A DNA stretch of 27,630 nucleotides from a virus (lineage: Duplodnaviria > Caudoviricetes). Shown in pieces: positions 7,903-17,025 of this stretch. The notes under the pieces are model-generated. The model worked only from the letters and a program-made list of their open reading frames with translations, was not told the DNA's origin and did no database searches. The stretch is taken from positions 1 to 27,630 of IMG/VR virus record IMGVR_UViG_3300038674_000867. One strand, given 5' to 3'. A program made the translations under genes and the position numbers. The stretch's first letter is position 1, and each line of letters begins with the position of its first letter.

Positions 7903-8769
7903 TTAGGATACTTGTGTGATTACTGTTTTTGTCGCAGGATTAAATGTAGCATTTGCTTCCGAAAGTAAAATATAAAAATGCCACCCTTGCGCAATTCCAG
8001 ATGGCCTGTAAGAAACATTCCCCGATAAGGTAAGGTTGTATTTATTTACCATACTACGACCAATACTTGTTACAAATGACAAATCTTGATTTTGGAGAAA
8101 AAAAGAATCTCTGTCAGATACGGCTAAAAAGGTTCCGGAAGCAGTATAGGATTTGAATGTCATTTCAAATTTTCTAAACTCATTAACTCCATTTGTCCCT
8201 TTAAATATTTTTAGATTTAATGCCAAATTTGAAGTCCCATAAAAAACCTCATTCCAAGTGATTTTTTGGGGCTGATAATTTATATAGTTAATTAAACTCT
8301 GATGAACAGAGTCAATGTTATTATTTAGTTCTTGTTTTGTTGATGCAATGCTCTGATTTAAGAGATTTTTTGTATCGCCAATCAAATTTTTAAGACTTAC
8401 CAAATTATCAACCCGGACAAATAAAGAGAATAAATACTTTTCATCGCCTGCGCTACCGAATTGGGCATAACGCAGCACTTTAGAGTTGTGTTTTACGCCT
8501 GTTTCGTAGGTTATCTCAGTGCGTTCGGTTGTTACTACGATATAGCTTTGTTTTGCCGATTTTCGGAATGGTAGCACTTCGCCTGCTATAATTACCCAGC
8601 CATCGCCAAGCAACCCATTACCGTCTTCGCATCCGGAAAGAATTACCAAGTTGCCCGCTAATGCAGTAAGCGCGCCGATGCTTTGAGAGAAACCCTCTTG
8701 CATATACGCTATTGCGTTTTGCGTAACGGGCAAACCGCCTTGCTTATTTAAGTCAATTGATTGGTTCAT
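7903..8769 (-). CDS. Baseplate-attached tail fibre/adaptor protein
   Basis: Conserved-looking N-terminus (GGLPVTQNAIAYMQ...VILSGC...DGWVIIAGEVLPF), a coiled coil and an AT-rich C-terminal domain; synteny. Confidence 0.65.
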   Translation of the reverse strand: MNQSIDLNKQGGLPVTQNAIAYMQEGFSQSIGALTALAGNLVILSGCEDGNGLLGDGWVIIAGEVLPFRKSAKQSYIVVTTERTEITYETGVKHNSKVLRYAQFGSAGDEKYLFSLFVRVDNLVSLKNLIGDTKNLLNQSIASTKQELNNNIDSVHQSLINYINYQPQKITWNEVFYGTSNLALNLKIFKGTNGVNEFRKFEMTFKSYTASGTFLAVSDRDSFFLQNQDLSFVTSIGRSMVNKYNLTLSGNVSYRPSGIAQGWHFYILLSEANATFNPATKTVITQVS

Positions 8770-8770
8770 A

Positions 8771-9280
8771 TCAATATTGTATTATAGAAAATTGTTTACT
8801 TGCTAACTTATAAGTGTTTATAATTGCTGTCATTTCGTTTACATCAAAAACAACTGCTTCGGGAACACACACGATAAAATCTATACCATCAGGAGCTAAT
8901 TCTGATTCATCATATAAATATACCGGGCGATTTTCGGCTTCGGTGTATAGAGGCACTCGCTTGCTTTCCTCATCCGTATATACATAAGTCGGTTGTTTAT
9001 AATCGCTATATGAATCTTTTATATAAATTCTCGGTATTTCCTTATCTGTTTGCCACGCTACATTGTAGCGGTCGTTAAGCATTTTTTCGAGATAGCATAT
9101 TTGCGGTGTTATCTGCAAATAATACAAGTTGCTTTCGCGGTTTCTTTTGAACGACTGATACAAATTATTGATGCAGCTAAATGCCGGAGATAACAACGCA
9201 AGGATTGTTCGCTTCCGGAGCATTGTCGGAAGTAACAAGCGTAGCAGCTTCGGGTAGTTTATTTCAAAAATCTTGCTCAT
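8771..9280 (-). CDS. Baseplate wedge protein (gpI/Mu gp48-like)
   Basis: LLLPTMLR...QICYLEKMLNDRY...DFIVCVP...YKLASK; follows the baseplate-J-like gene. Confidence 0.65.
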   Translation of the reverse strand: MSKIFEINYPKLLRLLLPTMLRKRTILALLSPAFSCINNLYQSFKRNRESNLYYLQITPQICYLEKMLNDRYNVAWQTDKEIPRIYIKDSYSDYKQPTYVYTDEESKRVPLYTEAENRPVYLYDESELAPDGIDFIVCVPEAVVFDVNEMTAIINTYKLASKQFSIIQY

Positions 9281-10155
9281 CAGTTAATCACAGTTTGCGG
9301 AATTGCCTCAATTACTAAATTATCATCGGAAACACGCGTATAGCCCGCCAAAGGGTTATATAGAGTTGTGAACATTTCTAACCTGCCGTTATATCCGGCA
9401 GCCGCTTTATTTATTTGCGGAATAACAACGCCATCGACCGTTTGCAATTTGTCTATCAAATAGGCAAGCACAAGCGTACCATTAAATGGCAGGTTACGCA
9501 GATACTCACGAATGGTATTTTCAACAACCGGTTCTTGCGATAGGATATTAACCAATTTGCCCTCAGTTGTTTTTTGAAGCACAAGCGGGTTGTAGTAAAT
9601 TGTCAAGTCCAATGTCAAGGTATCGGCAGGTTCGGAAATAATTAAAAGATTTACACCGGCATCTTTAATTCGGGACATATATTCTTTGAACTCAGTTAGC
9701 TCGGTTGCAGATAGTTCTTGTAAGTCATCGCCGTTACCGTTTTTTGCCACTTTTAAGGTCAATTTTCCGCTTTCTTCGACCGCTGCCGCATGAGTAATAA
9801 TTTGACTTGTTTTAATGGCATCATCGTCAATTGTGCTATTGTCGTATTGGTCGCTATCTTCCGGCAGGTCGTAACCATGTTGAAATGCTTTTGAACGGTT
9901 GGCATACCATTTGGCTGTGTGTGGCTTTTGGTTGCTGATAATGTCGCTTACCTCTTTTTTATGCGTATCGAATAAAGTTTCGAGAGTCCAAAAGGCGGCA
10001 GCAACTACATAGTAGAATAGACTTTCCAAGCTTGCCTTTGAGAATTGTTCATCAAAGGTTTTTGATCTGTCTAAACCGTACAATGCGACTATTGTAGAAT
10101 TTGCAACAAATTCTGCCGTCATACCTGCCTTTATTTGTTCTATCGTGCGTGCCAT
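9280..10155 (-). CDS. Baseplate wedge protein (gpJ/Mu gp47-like)
   Basis: MARTIEQIK N-terminus, IKDAGV, IREYLRNLPFNG...LQTVDGVV C-terminal gpJ-like pattern; synteny. Confidence 0.7.
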   Translation of the reverse strand: MARTIEQIKAGMTAEFVANSTIVALYGLDRSKTFDEQFSKASLESLFYYVVAAAFWTLETLFDTHKKEVSDIISNQKPHTAKWYANRSKAFQHGYDLPEDSDQYDNSTIDDDAIKTSQIITHAAAVEESGKLTLKVAKNGNGDDLQELSATELTEFKEYMSRIKDAGVNLLIISEPADTLTLDLTIYYNPLVLQKTTEGKLVNILSQEPVVENTIREYLRNLPFNGTLVLAYLIDKLQTVDGVVIPQINKAAAGYNGRLEMFTTLYNPLAGYTRVSDDNLVIEAIPQTVIN

Positions 10156-10159
10156 ATCT

Positions 10160-10441
10160 TTAGCTTACTATAAAGTCTATACCGATGCCCATGTAACCAA
10201 TACCGCCAAGCGTTGCTTGTTGTTCTTCGGCAGTTAAGCCGGTGGCGGGCATAATGTTTTTGTTTGCGTAATATTCGGCAATGGGTTTATTTGCCGGTGT
10301 AACGGTTGCGAGTTCTTGCCCGGCTGTTAAGTCATCGGTTAAGCTAACACCGTTAGCCAAAGCAAGTGAAAAAGCCGCTTCTACGCCGCCCGCTGTTTGC
10401 ACTGCAATATCAAATACACTTTGCCCCTCAAGAACTCGCAT
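10160..10441 (-). CDS. LysM-like baseplate protein (P2 gpX-like)
   Basis: VLEGQSVFDIAVQTAGG...LALANGVSLTDDLTAGQEL LysM-like pattern. Confidence 0.75.
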   Translation of the reverse strand: MRVLEGQSVFDIAVQTAGGVEAAFSLALANGVSLTDDLTAGQELATVTPANKPIAEYYANKNIMPATGLTAEEQQATLGGIGYMGIGIDFIVS

Positions 10442-10506
10442 TTTTTACCGTTTAAATAGTGTTTAAATTCAATTGTTTTTGCAAAAACAAGGAAACCCCT
10501 GTCTTT

Positions 10507-11037
10507 TTATTTTCCAAGCCTAAAACGCCGACAAACAACGAACGCTAAATGAACCAACCAAAGTAACAATCCAAGCAAGCAAATAACAACTATCACAATT
10601 ACCCAAGTTGGTGTATTGCTTTCAGTTTTTGTTTTTTCGGTTGCATTTACCTCATTGGCGGTTTTTGTTGTTGAATTATCGGTTTTAGTAATTGTTTGGT
10701 TAAGCGTTGTTTTATTATCATTTTCGGCAGATATATCGTTTTTAATTTGGCTGCCTTTTTGATATGTGGTTGTTGTAATAGCTGTTACACTTTGCTTACC
10801 GGTTGAATCCGGTGCGGAAAAATAAACGGTTGTCGTTTCGCCCACCTCGTTACTGTCAATTGTACTGCGGTCGGTTACTTTGGTAGCAGTTTCGGTAGCT
10901 GCTTCCTTTTTAGCGACTTCTTTGCTTTCGGTTACGGCGGTGGCTGTACTGTTTTGCTCGTAGCTTGATGCTGTTTTTGTGGTTTTACACGCCATTAGGG
11001 CAATCGCCATTATGGCGAGAAATAGTAGTTTTTTCAT
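10507..11037 (-). CDS. Putative unimolecular spanin (lipoprotein with C-terminal TM helix)
   Basis: Lipobox MKKLLFLAIMAIALMA-C, Thr-rich beta-prone core, C-terminal TM WVIVIVVICLLGLLLWLV plus basic tail; third gene of the lysis cassette. Confidence 0.7.
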   Translation of the reverse strand: MKKLLFLAIMAIALMACKTTKTASSYEQNSTATAVTESKEVAKKEAATETATKVTDRSTIDSNEVGETTTVYFSAPDSTGKQSVTAITTTTYQKGSQIKNDISAENDNKTTLNQTITKTDNSTTKTANEVNATEKTKTESNTPTWVIVIVVICLLGLLLWLVHLAFVVCRRFRLGK

Positions 11038-11375
11038 TTTTCGGTTTTTATAAATTCGTTAATCTTTTTATTAAGGCAGTTTATCGTTTTTTCTAATTTT
11101 TCGATTTTGTCGATGAGTTCGCCGCGCTCTTTGAGTAATGCTGTTTTTTCATCGAGCAAACGCAAGACTTTATCTTGCTCTTCAAGCAGCTTGTTCGTTA
11201 GTTCTTTTATTTGTTCGGTTAAATCCTTAATCGACTCAAGCAATGGCTTGATAGCCTCATTGATTAGCTGCAAATCGCTTTTTTTCTTTTCGCGTGGCGT
11301 TTGTAACTTTCCATATAACCAACCGAAAAAACCGGTGCCGGCAGCTATGGCTGTTGTGGTTATTACTTCTTTCAT
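11034..11375 (-). CDS. Putative holin-like protein (N-terminal TM plus coiled coil)
   Basis: Hydrophobic N-terminus (VITTTAIAAGTGFFGWLYG) followed by a long heptad region; lies between the endolysin and spanin. Confidence 0.5.
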   Translation of the reverse strand: MKEVITTTAIAAGTGFFGWLYGKLQTPREKKKSDLQLINEAIKPLLESIKDLTEQIKELTNKLLEEQDKVLRLLDEKTALLKERGELIDKIEKLEKTINCLNKKINEFIKTEK

Positions 11376-11377
11376 TG

Positions 11378-11809
11378 CTATACAACTTGAATGGTTACAG
11401 CTTCGCCATTTTTGATAGCTGCTTTTATGCGTTTGGTTAAATCAACCTCATAGGTTGTTGAGTTGAGAACCTTTCCTTTTTCTCTATTTTCTCCCACAAG
11501 AACACAACCGGCACTATCTGCCGCCGTATTGCCACGATGAATAAGAATACCATCGAAGTGTGGAACATCGAGCAGGCGCGGCAATTCTCGTTTGAATTTT
11601 GGCGACATGGTAACGACTACTTTGTAAGTACCAAAAGGTATTGCCGTTTCGCCGGCTACTTTTCCCTCGCCGGGATCGTTAAGGTCGCCATCGTGGTTAA
11701 GGTCGCGGTTCTTATCTTCGAGCGTATCGCAATAGCGCACGCCGTCAATGCTTAGTGTGCCGATGATGTATGTTGCACCAAAAAAGCGGCGGTTTAGGGT
11801 TAGTTTCAT
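11378..11809 (-). CDS. DUF5675-family endolysin (L,D-transpeptidase-like)
   Basis: CDTLED, TAIPFGTY, LLDVPHFDGILIHRGNTAADSAGCVLVG with the His/Cys catalytic motif. Confidence 0.85.
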   Translation of the reverse strand: MKLTLNRRFFGATYIIGTLSIDGVRYCDTLEDKNRDLNHDGDLNDPGEGKVAGETAIPFGTYKVVVTMSPKFKRELPRLLDVPHFDGILIHRGNTAADSAGCVLVGENREKGKVLNSTTYEVDLTKRIKAAIKNGEAVTIQVV

Positions 11810-11811
11810 GG

Positions 11812-12129
11812 TTATAAATTCACTTTAAAATTGCTTAAATCATTGCCCAATATCACTTTGGCAGTTTTCATATTATCGCTTCGTAATTCCTTTTCTAATT
11901 CGTTTACAAACTTTTGTCGAATATTACCCACCTCACTTTTGCGCAACCAATTGTCAATGCCAAAGCCGAGCGTAGGAAATTCCTTAAATTCGCCTTTTTG
12001 CATTTCGACAATCAAGCGAACACGCTGATAATTGATATTGCTTACTACAAGCCCAGAGGTGATTAATCCACTACTATCGCGCTTTACATCAATTTTCAAA
12101 TCGCTATCGTTGAGTAATATTCCGTTCAT
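11812..12129 (-). CDS. Baseplate wedge/sheath initiator (gp25/gpW/Mu gp46-like)
   Basis: KGEFKEFPTLGFGI motif typical of gp25-like proteins; downstream of the spike gene. Confidence 0.7.
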   Translation of the reverse strand: MNGILLNDSDLKIDVKRDSSGLITSGLVVSNINYQRVRLIVEMQKGEFKEFPTLGFGIDNWLRKSEVGNIRQKFVNELEKELRSDNMKTAKVILGNDLSNFKVNL

Positions 12130-12671
12130 TAGTGTTTTATGTTTTTATCCTCGAATGTGGCAGCTTTTGGCTGCGGAGTAGTAACATTAAATGTAAGTCC
12201 AAGCGGTGCGCCCTCGCCTGTTGTTGGGTGGGTTGAAAGTTGTGTTTTTAGTGTTTGCAAATCATCATACACTTTACCCATCCATGTAACAACCTCATTT
12301 AGCTTTAATAATGCGTTTTCGCCTTTATTAAAGACAAAACCATCTTTATTGACCGAAAGGGCTTGATTTCCTATTTTTAGAATTACCTTTTCGACTTCGG
12401 AACATCGCAAAACAACTGCTTCAGTTTTCATATTTTCAATAATCCCAACAATCACATTGCTACCATCAACCGGAACTACTGTAATAAAACTTTGCAAACT
12501 GTCATCAATCGCATTAAGTCGAACACCGTGCAATTCGGGAGCATTATCGCGCTCAACCATACAAGTAGTATTAGTTACTTTGCGAGCAACGCCTGTTAGA
12601 ATTTGCCCTATATGTAAGTTGCCAACTTGTTTTTTTATAGCTTGCTCGATAGCTTGCTCTAATGCTCCCAT
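12129..12671 (-). CDS. Baseplate central spike (gpV/Mu gp45-like)
   Basis: OB-fold-like N-terminus (VRLNA...PVDGSNVIVG) and a His-containing tip region; follows the hub gene. Confidence 0.65.
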   Translation of the reverse strand: MGALEQAIEQAIKKQVGNLHIGQILTGVARKVTNTTCMVERDNAPELHGVRLNAIDDSLQSFITVVPVDGSNVIVGIIENMKTEAVVLRCSEVEKVILKIGNQALSVNKDGFVFNKGENALLKLNEVVTWMGKVYDDLQTLKTQLSTHPTTGEGAPLGLTFNVTTPQPKAATFEDKNIKH

Positions 12672-12777
12672 TGTTTTATTGCTTTAATCTACCTTTAAAA
12701 TCGTTTTTAAGCGACTTAAAAATGAAAAACGATAACAGATAAATCAAAATGATTTATGCTCTAAAAATCGCCTTGTT

Positions 12778-13776
12778 TTAAACTTTATAGCTTAATGTGT
12801 TTTTACGAGAAAAGCCACCACTTTCATCATAGACAATATCTACTTTCTCAATCAAATATTTACCTGCTCGTTCGGGTTGGTCTTTATCCTTTATTGTCAA
12901 AGTATCGCCTGCGTGAGTACGCGGATAACCAAAACCGGTAATACTTCCGGTGTAGCCATCATATACGGCTTTTTTCATCACACTTAAGGCGCGTTCTTTT
13001 AATTGGTCTTCAGTAAGCGGTCCGGCAAAGTTTAAAGTTCGCTCCGAAGCATCTTTTTCTTTATTGCCGACAATTACCGTTGTTTTCTTTCCGTTAGGAT
13101 TAGTGGCAACGGCTTTGTAGCGCACTTTAAAATCTTCTTTACGCTTATACTTCAGTTCGTTTTTCTTGACATTTTCGCCGATAACATATTCATGCGATTG
13201 TGTTTTCTCGCCAAAATCAAATGCCAAACCGACCTTTAAAACACTATTTTGTAAACGACTATATAAACCGAAATTCTGCATTAAATCCTGCAATACAGCA
13301 AAACCGCTTGCATTATCTATTTGATACTTGCCAATTTTCACATCAGGACAATCAAAAGTGATACCTGACTTTTTCGGTATAATATCCGTTAGTATTTGCT
13401 TTAATGTTGCCGATTGGTAGCTTTTTATGTAATTAGTTTGTCGTAGCGGATAAGTTTCATCATCGCAATGAATAATAAGCGGCACATCGCTTTCAATCTC
13501 GCGGATATAGCCCACAAACTCAGTTTCAAAACTATTATCATAACCGCAAGCAATCACGACCTTATCGGCAACTTTAAATTGCTCCAAAATGGCTTTGTCT
13601 TTCAGTTTTGCATAATTTTTAGGAATGGTAACTTTAGCCGTATTCGACATTTCGAGAATATTCTCGCTAATTTCGAACCCACTAACATTTTTCAGCAACA
13701 CATTACCAAGCGTAACCTGCGCTGTCATATTTACATACATCAGCATAGTACAGAAGATTAAAATAAATCGTTTCAT
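12778..13776 (-). CDS. Baseplate hub (P2 gpD/Mu gp44-like)
   Basis: NTAKVTIP, DKVVIACGYD...FVGYI, YDGYTGSITGFGYP, GKYLIEKVD...GGFSR motifs. Confidence 0.8.
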   Translation of the reverse strand: MKRFILIFCTMLMYVNMTAQVTLGNVLLKNVSGFEISENILEMSNTAKVTIPKNYAKLKDKAILEQFKVADKVVIACGYDNSFETEFVGYIREIESDVPLIIHCDDETYPLRQTNYIKSYQSATLKQILTDIIPKKSGITFDCPDVKIGKYQIDNASGFAVLQDLMQNFGLYSRLQNSVLKVGLAFDFGEKTQSHEYVIGENVKKNELKYKRKEDFKVRYKAVATNPNGKKTTVIVGNKEKDASERTLNFAGPLTEDQLKERALSVMKKAVYDGYTGSITGFGYPRTHAGDTLTIKDKDQPERAGKYLIEKVDIVYDESGGFSRKNTLSYKV

Positions 13777-13781
13777 TTTTT

Positions 13782-14387
13782 CTATTCGTTAATAAGTTGA
13801 TATTCCAACGGTCTAATGGCGCGAGCGGTAAAGTTGTAAGAAACAGTATCTTCATAACCCTCAATAAAATCAATGTTTATATCTTTGATGTACAAAGCCT
13901 GTACACCGACTTTATTAAGTATCTCGCTCGCCACATTCCACACGCTGTTTTGTTCAAAAATTTTGTTTAATTGTTCCATTTTATCGAGTGGAAACTCGTG
14001 GTTCTCCATATCTACCAGCAGCCCGCGCCAAGTAATTTCCCACGGTTCAGTTGCGTATCGCTCCACGACCTCAATATCACTATTGTCGATAGGCGTAATC
14101 ACTAACTTTTTAGCGCGCTTTAAACTTAGCATGGGCGGCGTGGCAAATATTTCGCTTTGTGTTTCAACCAAAGAACTAAATCCAAAAAGGTACTCTTCGT
14201 TTTCGTTATAAAGCAAAACCTCATCAAATTTGGTTTTGTCATCCCACAGATACACGCCAATTTCGTAACCTGTATTGTGTTGCGACTTGATAACATCGGC
14301 AAAACCGTTATCATCTAACTTGCCACTGACAAGCCCACTAACAAAACCAAAAGCGGCTTGGTATCGCCCCGAAAAATCAAATATCAT
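13782..14387 (-). CDS. DUF6046-like tail tube initiator protein
   Basis: Start revised to ATG at 14387 (MIFDF...), which overlaps the TGA of the frameshifted chaperone (ATGA). K.LVITPI...VVERYATEPWEITWRGLL motif. Confidence 0.7.
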   Translation of the reverse strand: MIFDFSGRYQAAFGFVSGLVSGKLDDNGFADVIKSQHNTGYEIGVYLWDDKTKFDEVLLYNENEEYLFGFSSLVETQSEIFATPPMLSLKRAKKLVITPIDNSDIEVVERYATEPWEITWRGLLVDMENHEFPLDKMEQLNKIFEQNSVWNVASEILNKVGVQALYIKDINIDFIEGYEDTVSYNFTARAIRPLEYQLINE

Positions 14388-14934
14388 AATGTAATACCCT
14401 TTAAGAGTCCTTCTTCTGCCAACCAACGCAATTCCTTTATTCTACAAGCATACTCCTCATCGCTTAACAAATCGGGGTTCTCTTTAAAGAAAAAGCGTAT
14501 TTGGGCGTTGTAAATCCAATAAATTTGTTCGTCATCGCAACCGCCTGCGTCCGCTTCTTTTAATGGCGGAATAAGCGGCAGTTGCTCTAACAGTTTTTTA
14601 CAATTGCCTTTCTAACCGGAATCAAATCAGCAATGCCCGACAATGCACCATAAAATAAACCGTCATCAGCTAAAACCTCGTCTTTGTGCGAAAGCAGACA
14701 GTTTTTAACTAAAATCTCATCGGCTTTCTTTGGGTCTGTGTCAGCAAAACGGCGATACTGTCCAACGATATTACGGCTCGGAACACACGCCAATACTTCT
14801 TTGTATGCCGAACTTTCATCATCCACAGGTAAAGCAATAATTTTTACTTTGTCTTCGCCATGTTTTGCTTTAGCTTCGGCGATCATTGCTGCTGTAATGC
14901 CAACAGGCAAATCTTTTTTTGTTTCTTTTTCCAT
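14384..14934 (-). CDS. Tail assembly chaperone, long (gpGT-like) form via -1 frameshift, ~183 aa
   Basis: A AAA AAC at 14599-14593; the -1 frame is open to TGA at 14386-14384 (LLEQLPLIPP...IRFFFKENPDLLSDEEYACRIKELRWL...). Confidence 0.8.
14587..14934 (-). CDS. Tail assembly chaperone, short (gpG-like) form
   Basis: 115-aa ORF directly after the tail tube gene, ending VKNC* across the slippery site. Confidence 0.8.
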   Translation of the reverse strand: MEKETKKDLPVGITAAMIAEAKAKHGEDKVKIIALPVDDESSAYKEVLACVPSRNIVGQYRRFADTDPKKADEILVKNCLLSHKDEVLADDGLFYGALSGIADLIPVRKAIVKNC

Positions 14935-14957
14935 TTTAAATGTACTTTAAAGGGTGT

Positions 14958-15377
14958 TTAAACTACATGCAAATGCATGTCTAAAATAAATAACTCTAAT
15001 TCGCGTTCAAGTTCGCCGTCACCGGTAACACTTCTACCATCGCCGGTAAACTTGGCGTACACATAATCGTGTATCATCTCGTTTTCGGCGTTGAAAAAAG
15101 TAATATTGATAGGAAATGGCTTAATGCGAGCAATCTCGCCATTAGGGGCAAAGCGTTCGAACTCGGCAATCACATCTAATGGAAGTGTGATTTTACCAGC
15201 ATCGTACTCAATTCCCCCCATTCGCCACCCGCGCGGTTTACGCTTGATACCTTTAGAGTATTCGTGCGCATATTTGTAGCCGTACTCAATAGCAGATGGA
15301 TTTACATCGAACATACCGGCAACGGTAACCACACAATCGCCTGCCGAATACACTTCGCCCATTCGTCTGATTATCAT
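14958..15377 (-). CDS. Tail tube protein
   Basis: 139-aa beta-rich ORF directly after the sheath; YSAGD, IEY, PRGWRMGGIEYDAGKITL motifs. Confidence 0.8.
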   Translation of the reverse strand: MIIRRMGEVYSAGDCVVTVAGMFDVNPSAIEYGYKYAHEYSKGIKRKPRGWRMGGIEYDAGKITLPLDVIAEFERFAPNGEIARIKPFPINITFFNAENEMIHDYVYAKFTGDGRSVTGDGELERELELFILDMHLHVV

Positions 15378-16633
15378 AATGATTGATTTTTAAGGTTAAT
15401 AGTTCCTATTATTTCATTCACACAACCGGTAGGGATTACACCAAAGCGCATATTCAACTCTTTTTTTACCAACAAATCGCTGTCGGCATCGGTATAGGTT
15501 TTACCCTCTGAAATCAATTCTTTGCCCGCCAATTTATCGAACTCCAAATCGCCAATAGCGTTGTAATAACCAACCATAGAAGCAGGCAATTTGCCATCTT
15601 CGAGTTGTACCGGCTTTTTCACTTCTACCAACAGGCGGGTGCGCAATGCTCGCTTACTTTGGTCTATCGTGTGGCTGTAATAGACAGTATGTTGGTTCAT
15701 GCTACCGTCTTTATCCACAACAATTGGGGCACACACATGCCCATCGTTCCACCAATAGCCCGAAACGCCTTGATAACGAATTGGGAAAACATAGCCTTTA
15801 TCGTTGAGCGTTTCGAGCATATCGAAAGCCTCACTATATTTTTTGTGATTACTCAACCCGCCAACGATAAAAATCCCATTGGTGGCATCGGTTAGATTTT
15901 GGCTTTCTACTTCGCCCGGATTTCTATTCCAAGCAGCCGAAGCAATTACGCCCAAATAAGTACCAATATCGGCAAACTTTTTACCCATATCCGAAAGACC
16001 ATCGGCGTAGTTCCAATCTTGCCCAACGACAAGCGTTACTTTAGTTGCTTCTAATGTCGCATCGCCATTTTTTAAGTCGCGCAAGTCGGCAACACTCGAA
16101 AGATTCTCGCTTATAGCGCGACCCTCTAAAATGGTATGTAGTGGCATGTCATGCTCATCGCACCATTGTGCAAACGACTGTAAGGCGGGAATAGCCTCTT
16201 TTATATCAGCGTTCAAGCCATCAACTAAAGTATCTACATAAGTAGATGCCGGATTATATGCAAAAGCAATATCTGAAATACTGCCACCCGCTTCGACAAC
16301 CAACACCTTAGCATCAGCAATCATATCAATAGGCTTTTTGCTTTGCCCCACAATCATCACATTCAATACTTTGCCCTCGCCTGCACGGCGATAAAACTCG
16401 GAGATATGCCGATATACTTGTACATCGTTAGCGGTATCATAATTTTCGTCAATACCCAATGCTATTGCATCGGAAGGGCGGCGTAGCACGAGCAATGCGC
16501 CAAGCGAAAAGCCAGACACATTGCCCGCACCAATAACGGCAATACCATTGCAAACAAGACCAAACTCACGGTTGTCGCCTGCTACATTACTGCCGATTTT
16601 GCCCTCTTTTATTGTTACACCTCGTAAACTCAT
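15374..16633 (-). CDS. Tail sheath protein (DUF2586-like)
   Basis: 419 aa; HISEFYRRAG, LNDKGYVF...GVSGYWWND, terminal VIPTGCVNEIIGTI. Confidence 0.8.
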   Translation of the reverse strand: MSLRGVTIKEGKIGSNVAGDNREFGLVCNGIAVIGAGNVSGFSLGALLVLRRPSDAIALGIDENYDTANDVQVYRHISEFYRRAGEGKVLNVMIVGQSKKPIDMIADAKVLVVEAGGSISDIAFAYNPASTYVDTLVDGLNADIKEAIPALQSFAQWCDEHDMPLHTILEGRAISENLSSVADLRDLKNGDATLEATKVTLVVGQDWNYADGLSDMGKKFADIGTYLGVIASAAWNRNPGEVESQNLTDATNGIFIVGGLSNHKKYSEAFDMLETLNDKGYVFPIRYQGVSGYWWNDGHVCAPIVVDKDGSMNQHTVYYSHTIDQSKRALRTRLLVEVKKPVQLEDGKLPASMVGYYNAIGDLEFDKLAGKELISEGKTYTDADSDLLVKKELNMRFGVIPTGCVNEIIGTINLKNQSL

Positions 16634-16636
16634 GGT

Positions 16637-16981
16637 TTATTCTGCTTTAAGTTCTTTTACTCTTTCTTCGATAGCAGTAATTACAGTTGAGCGTTTTTTA
16701 TCCGCATTTTCAGCATCTAAGATGCTTTGTAATTCTTCTACACTTTCAATAGTCGCGATAAGCGGAATTAGCTCATCTGCTTTTTTGCTATTCAAGCCCG
16801 AAGCTTCGTTATACGAAGTTTCAATTTTGGCGTACAATTCTTTTTTGCCGCCCACAGAAATGGCTGCCAAATTTTCGGCAGTAAAAAATTCGCCGTTGTT
16901 ATTCATAAACAACTCTTTTACGCTGTGCTTTTTAGCCAATTCAACAGCTTGTTTTTTTTGTGCTGATGTTACTTGTAACAT
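16637..16981 (-). CDS. Small virion-associated hypothetical protein (HeH/gp35-like)
   Basis: Lies between capsid and sheath genes; C-terminal KRSTVITAIEERVKEL helix-extended-helix-like motif. Confidence 0.6.
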   Translation of the reverse strand: MLQVTSAQKKQAVELAKKHSVKELFMNNNGEFFTAENLAAISVGGKKELYAKIETSYNEASGLNSKKADELIPLIATIESVEELQSILDAENADKKRSTVITAIEERVKELKAE

Positions 16982-16993
16982 AATTTTGATTTT

Positions 16994-17025
16994 AAAAAAG
17001 CCCTAAACCCATATTTAGGGCTTTT
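16994..17025 (-). terminator. Intrinsic terminator/attenuator after the major capsid gene
   Basis: Minus strand AAAAGCCCTAAA-TATGGG-TTTAGGGCTTTTTT. Confidence 0.75.

Noticed and set aside
13720-13776. Apparent signal peptide on the baseplate hub (MKRFILIFCTMLMYVNMTA-Q)
   Set aside because: Hub proteins assemble in the cytoplasm, and MYVNMTAQVTLG fits the first beta-strand of the fold. This is likely a coincidence or a downstream Met start (13746/13740).
14388-14426. N-terminal extension MVGRRRTLKGYYI of the 13782..14426 ORF
   Set aside because: It overlaps the frameshifted chaperone frame; the ATG at 14387 coupled to the upstream TGA is the better start.
8771-16633. Stand-alone contractile injection system or tailocin
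   Set aside because: Capsid, protease, portal and terminase genes are present, so this is a complete phage morphogenesis set.
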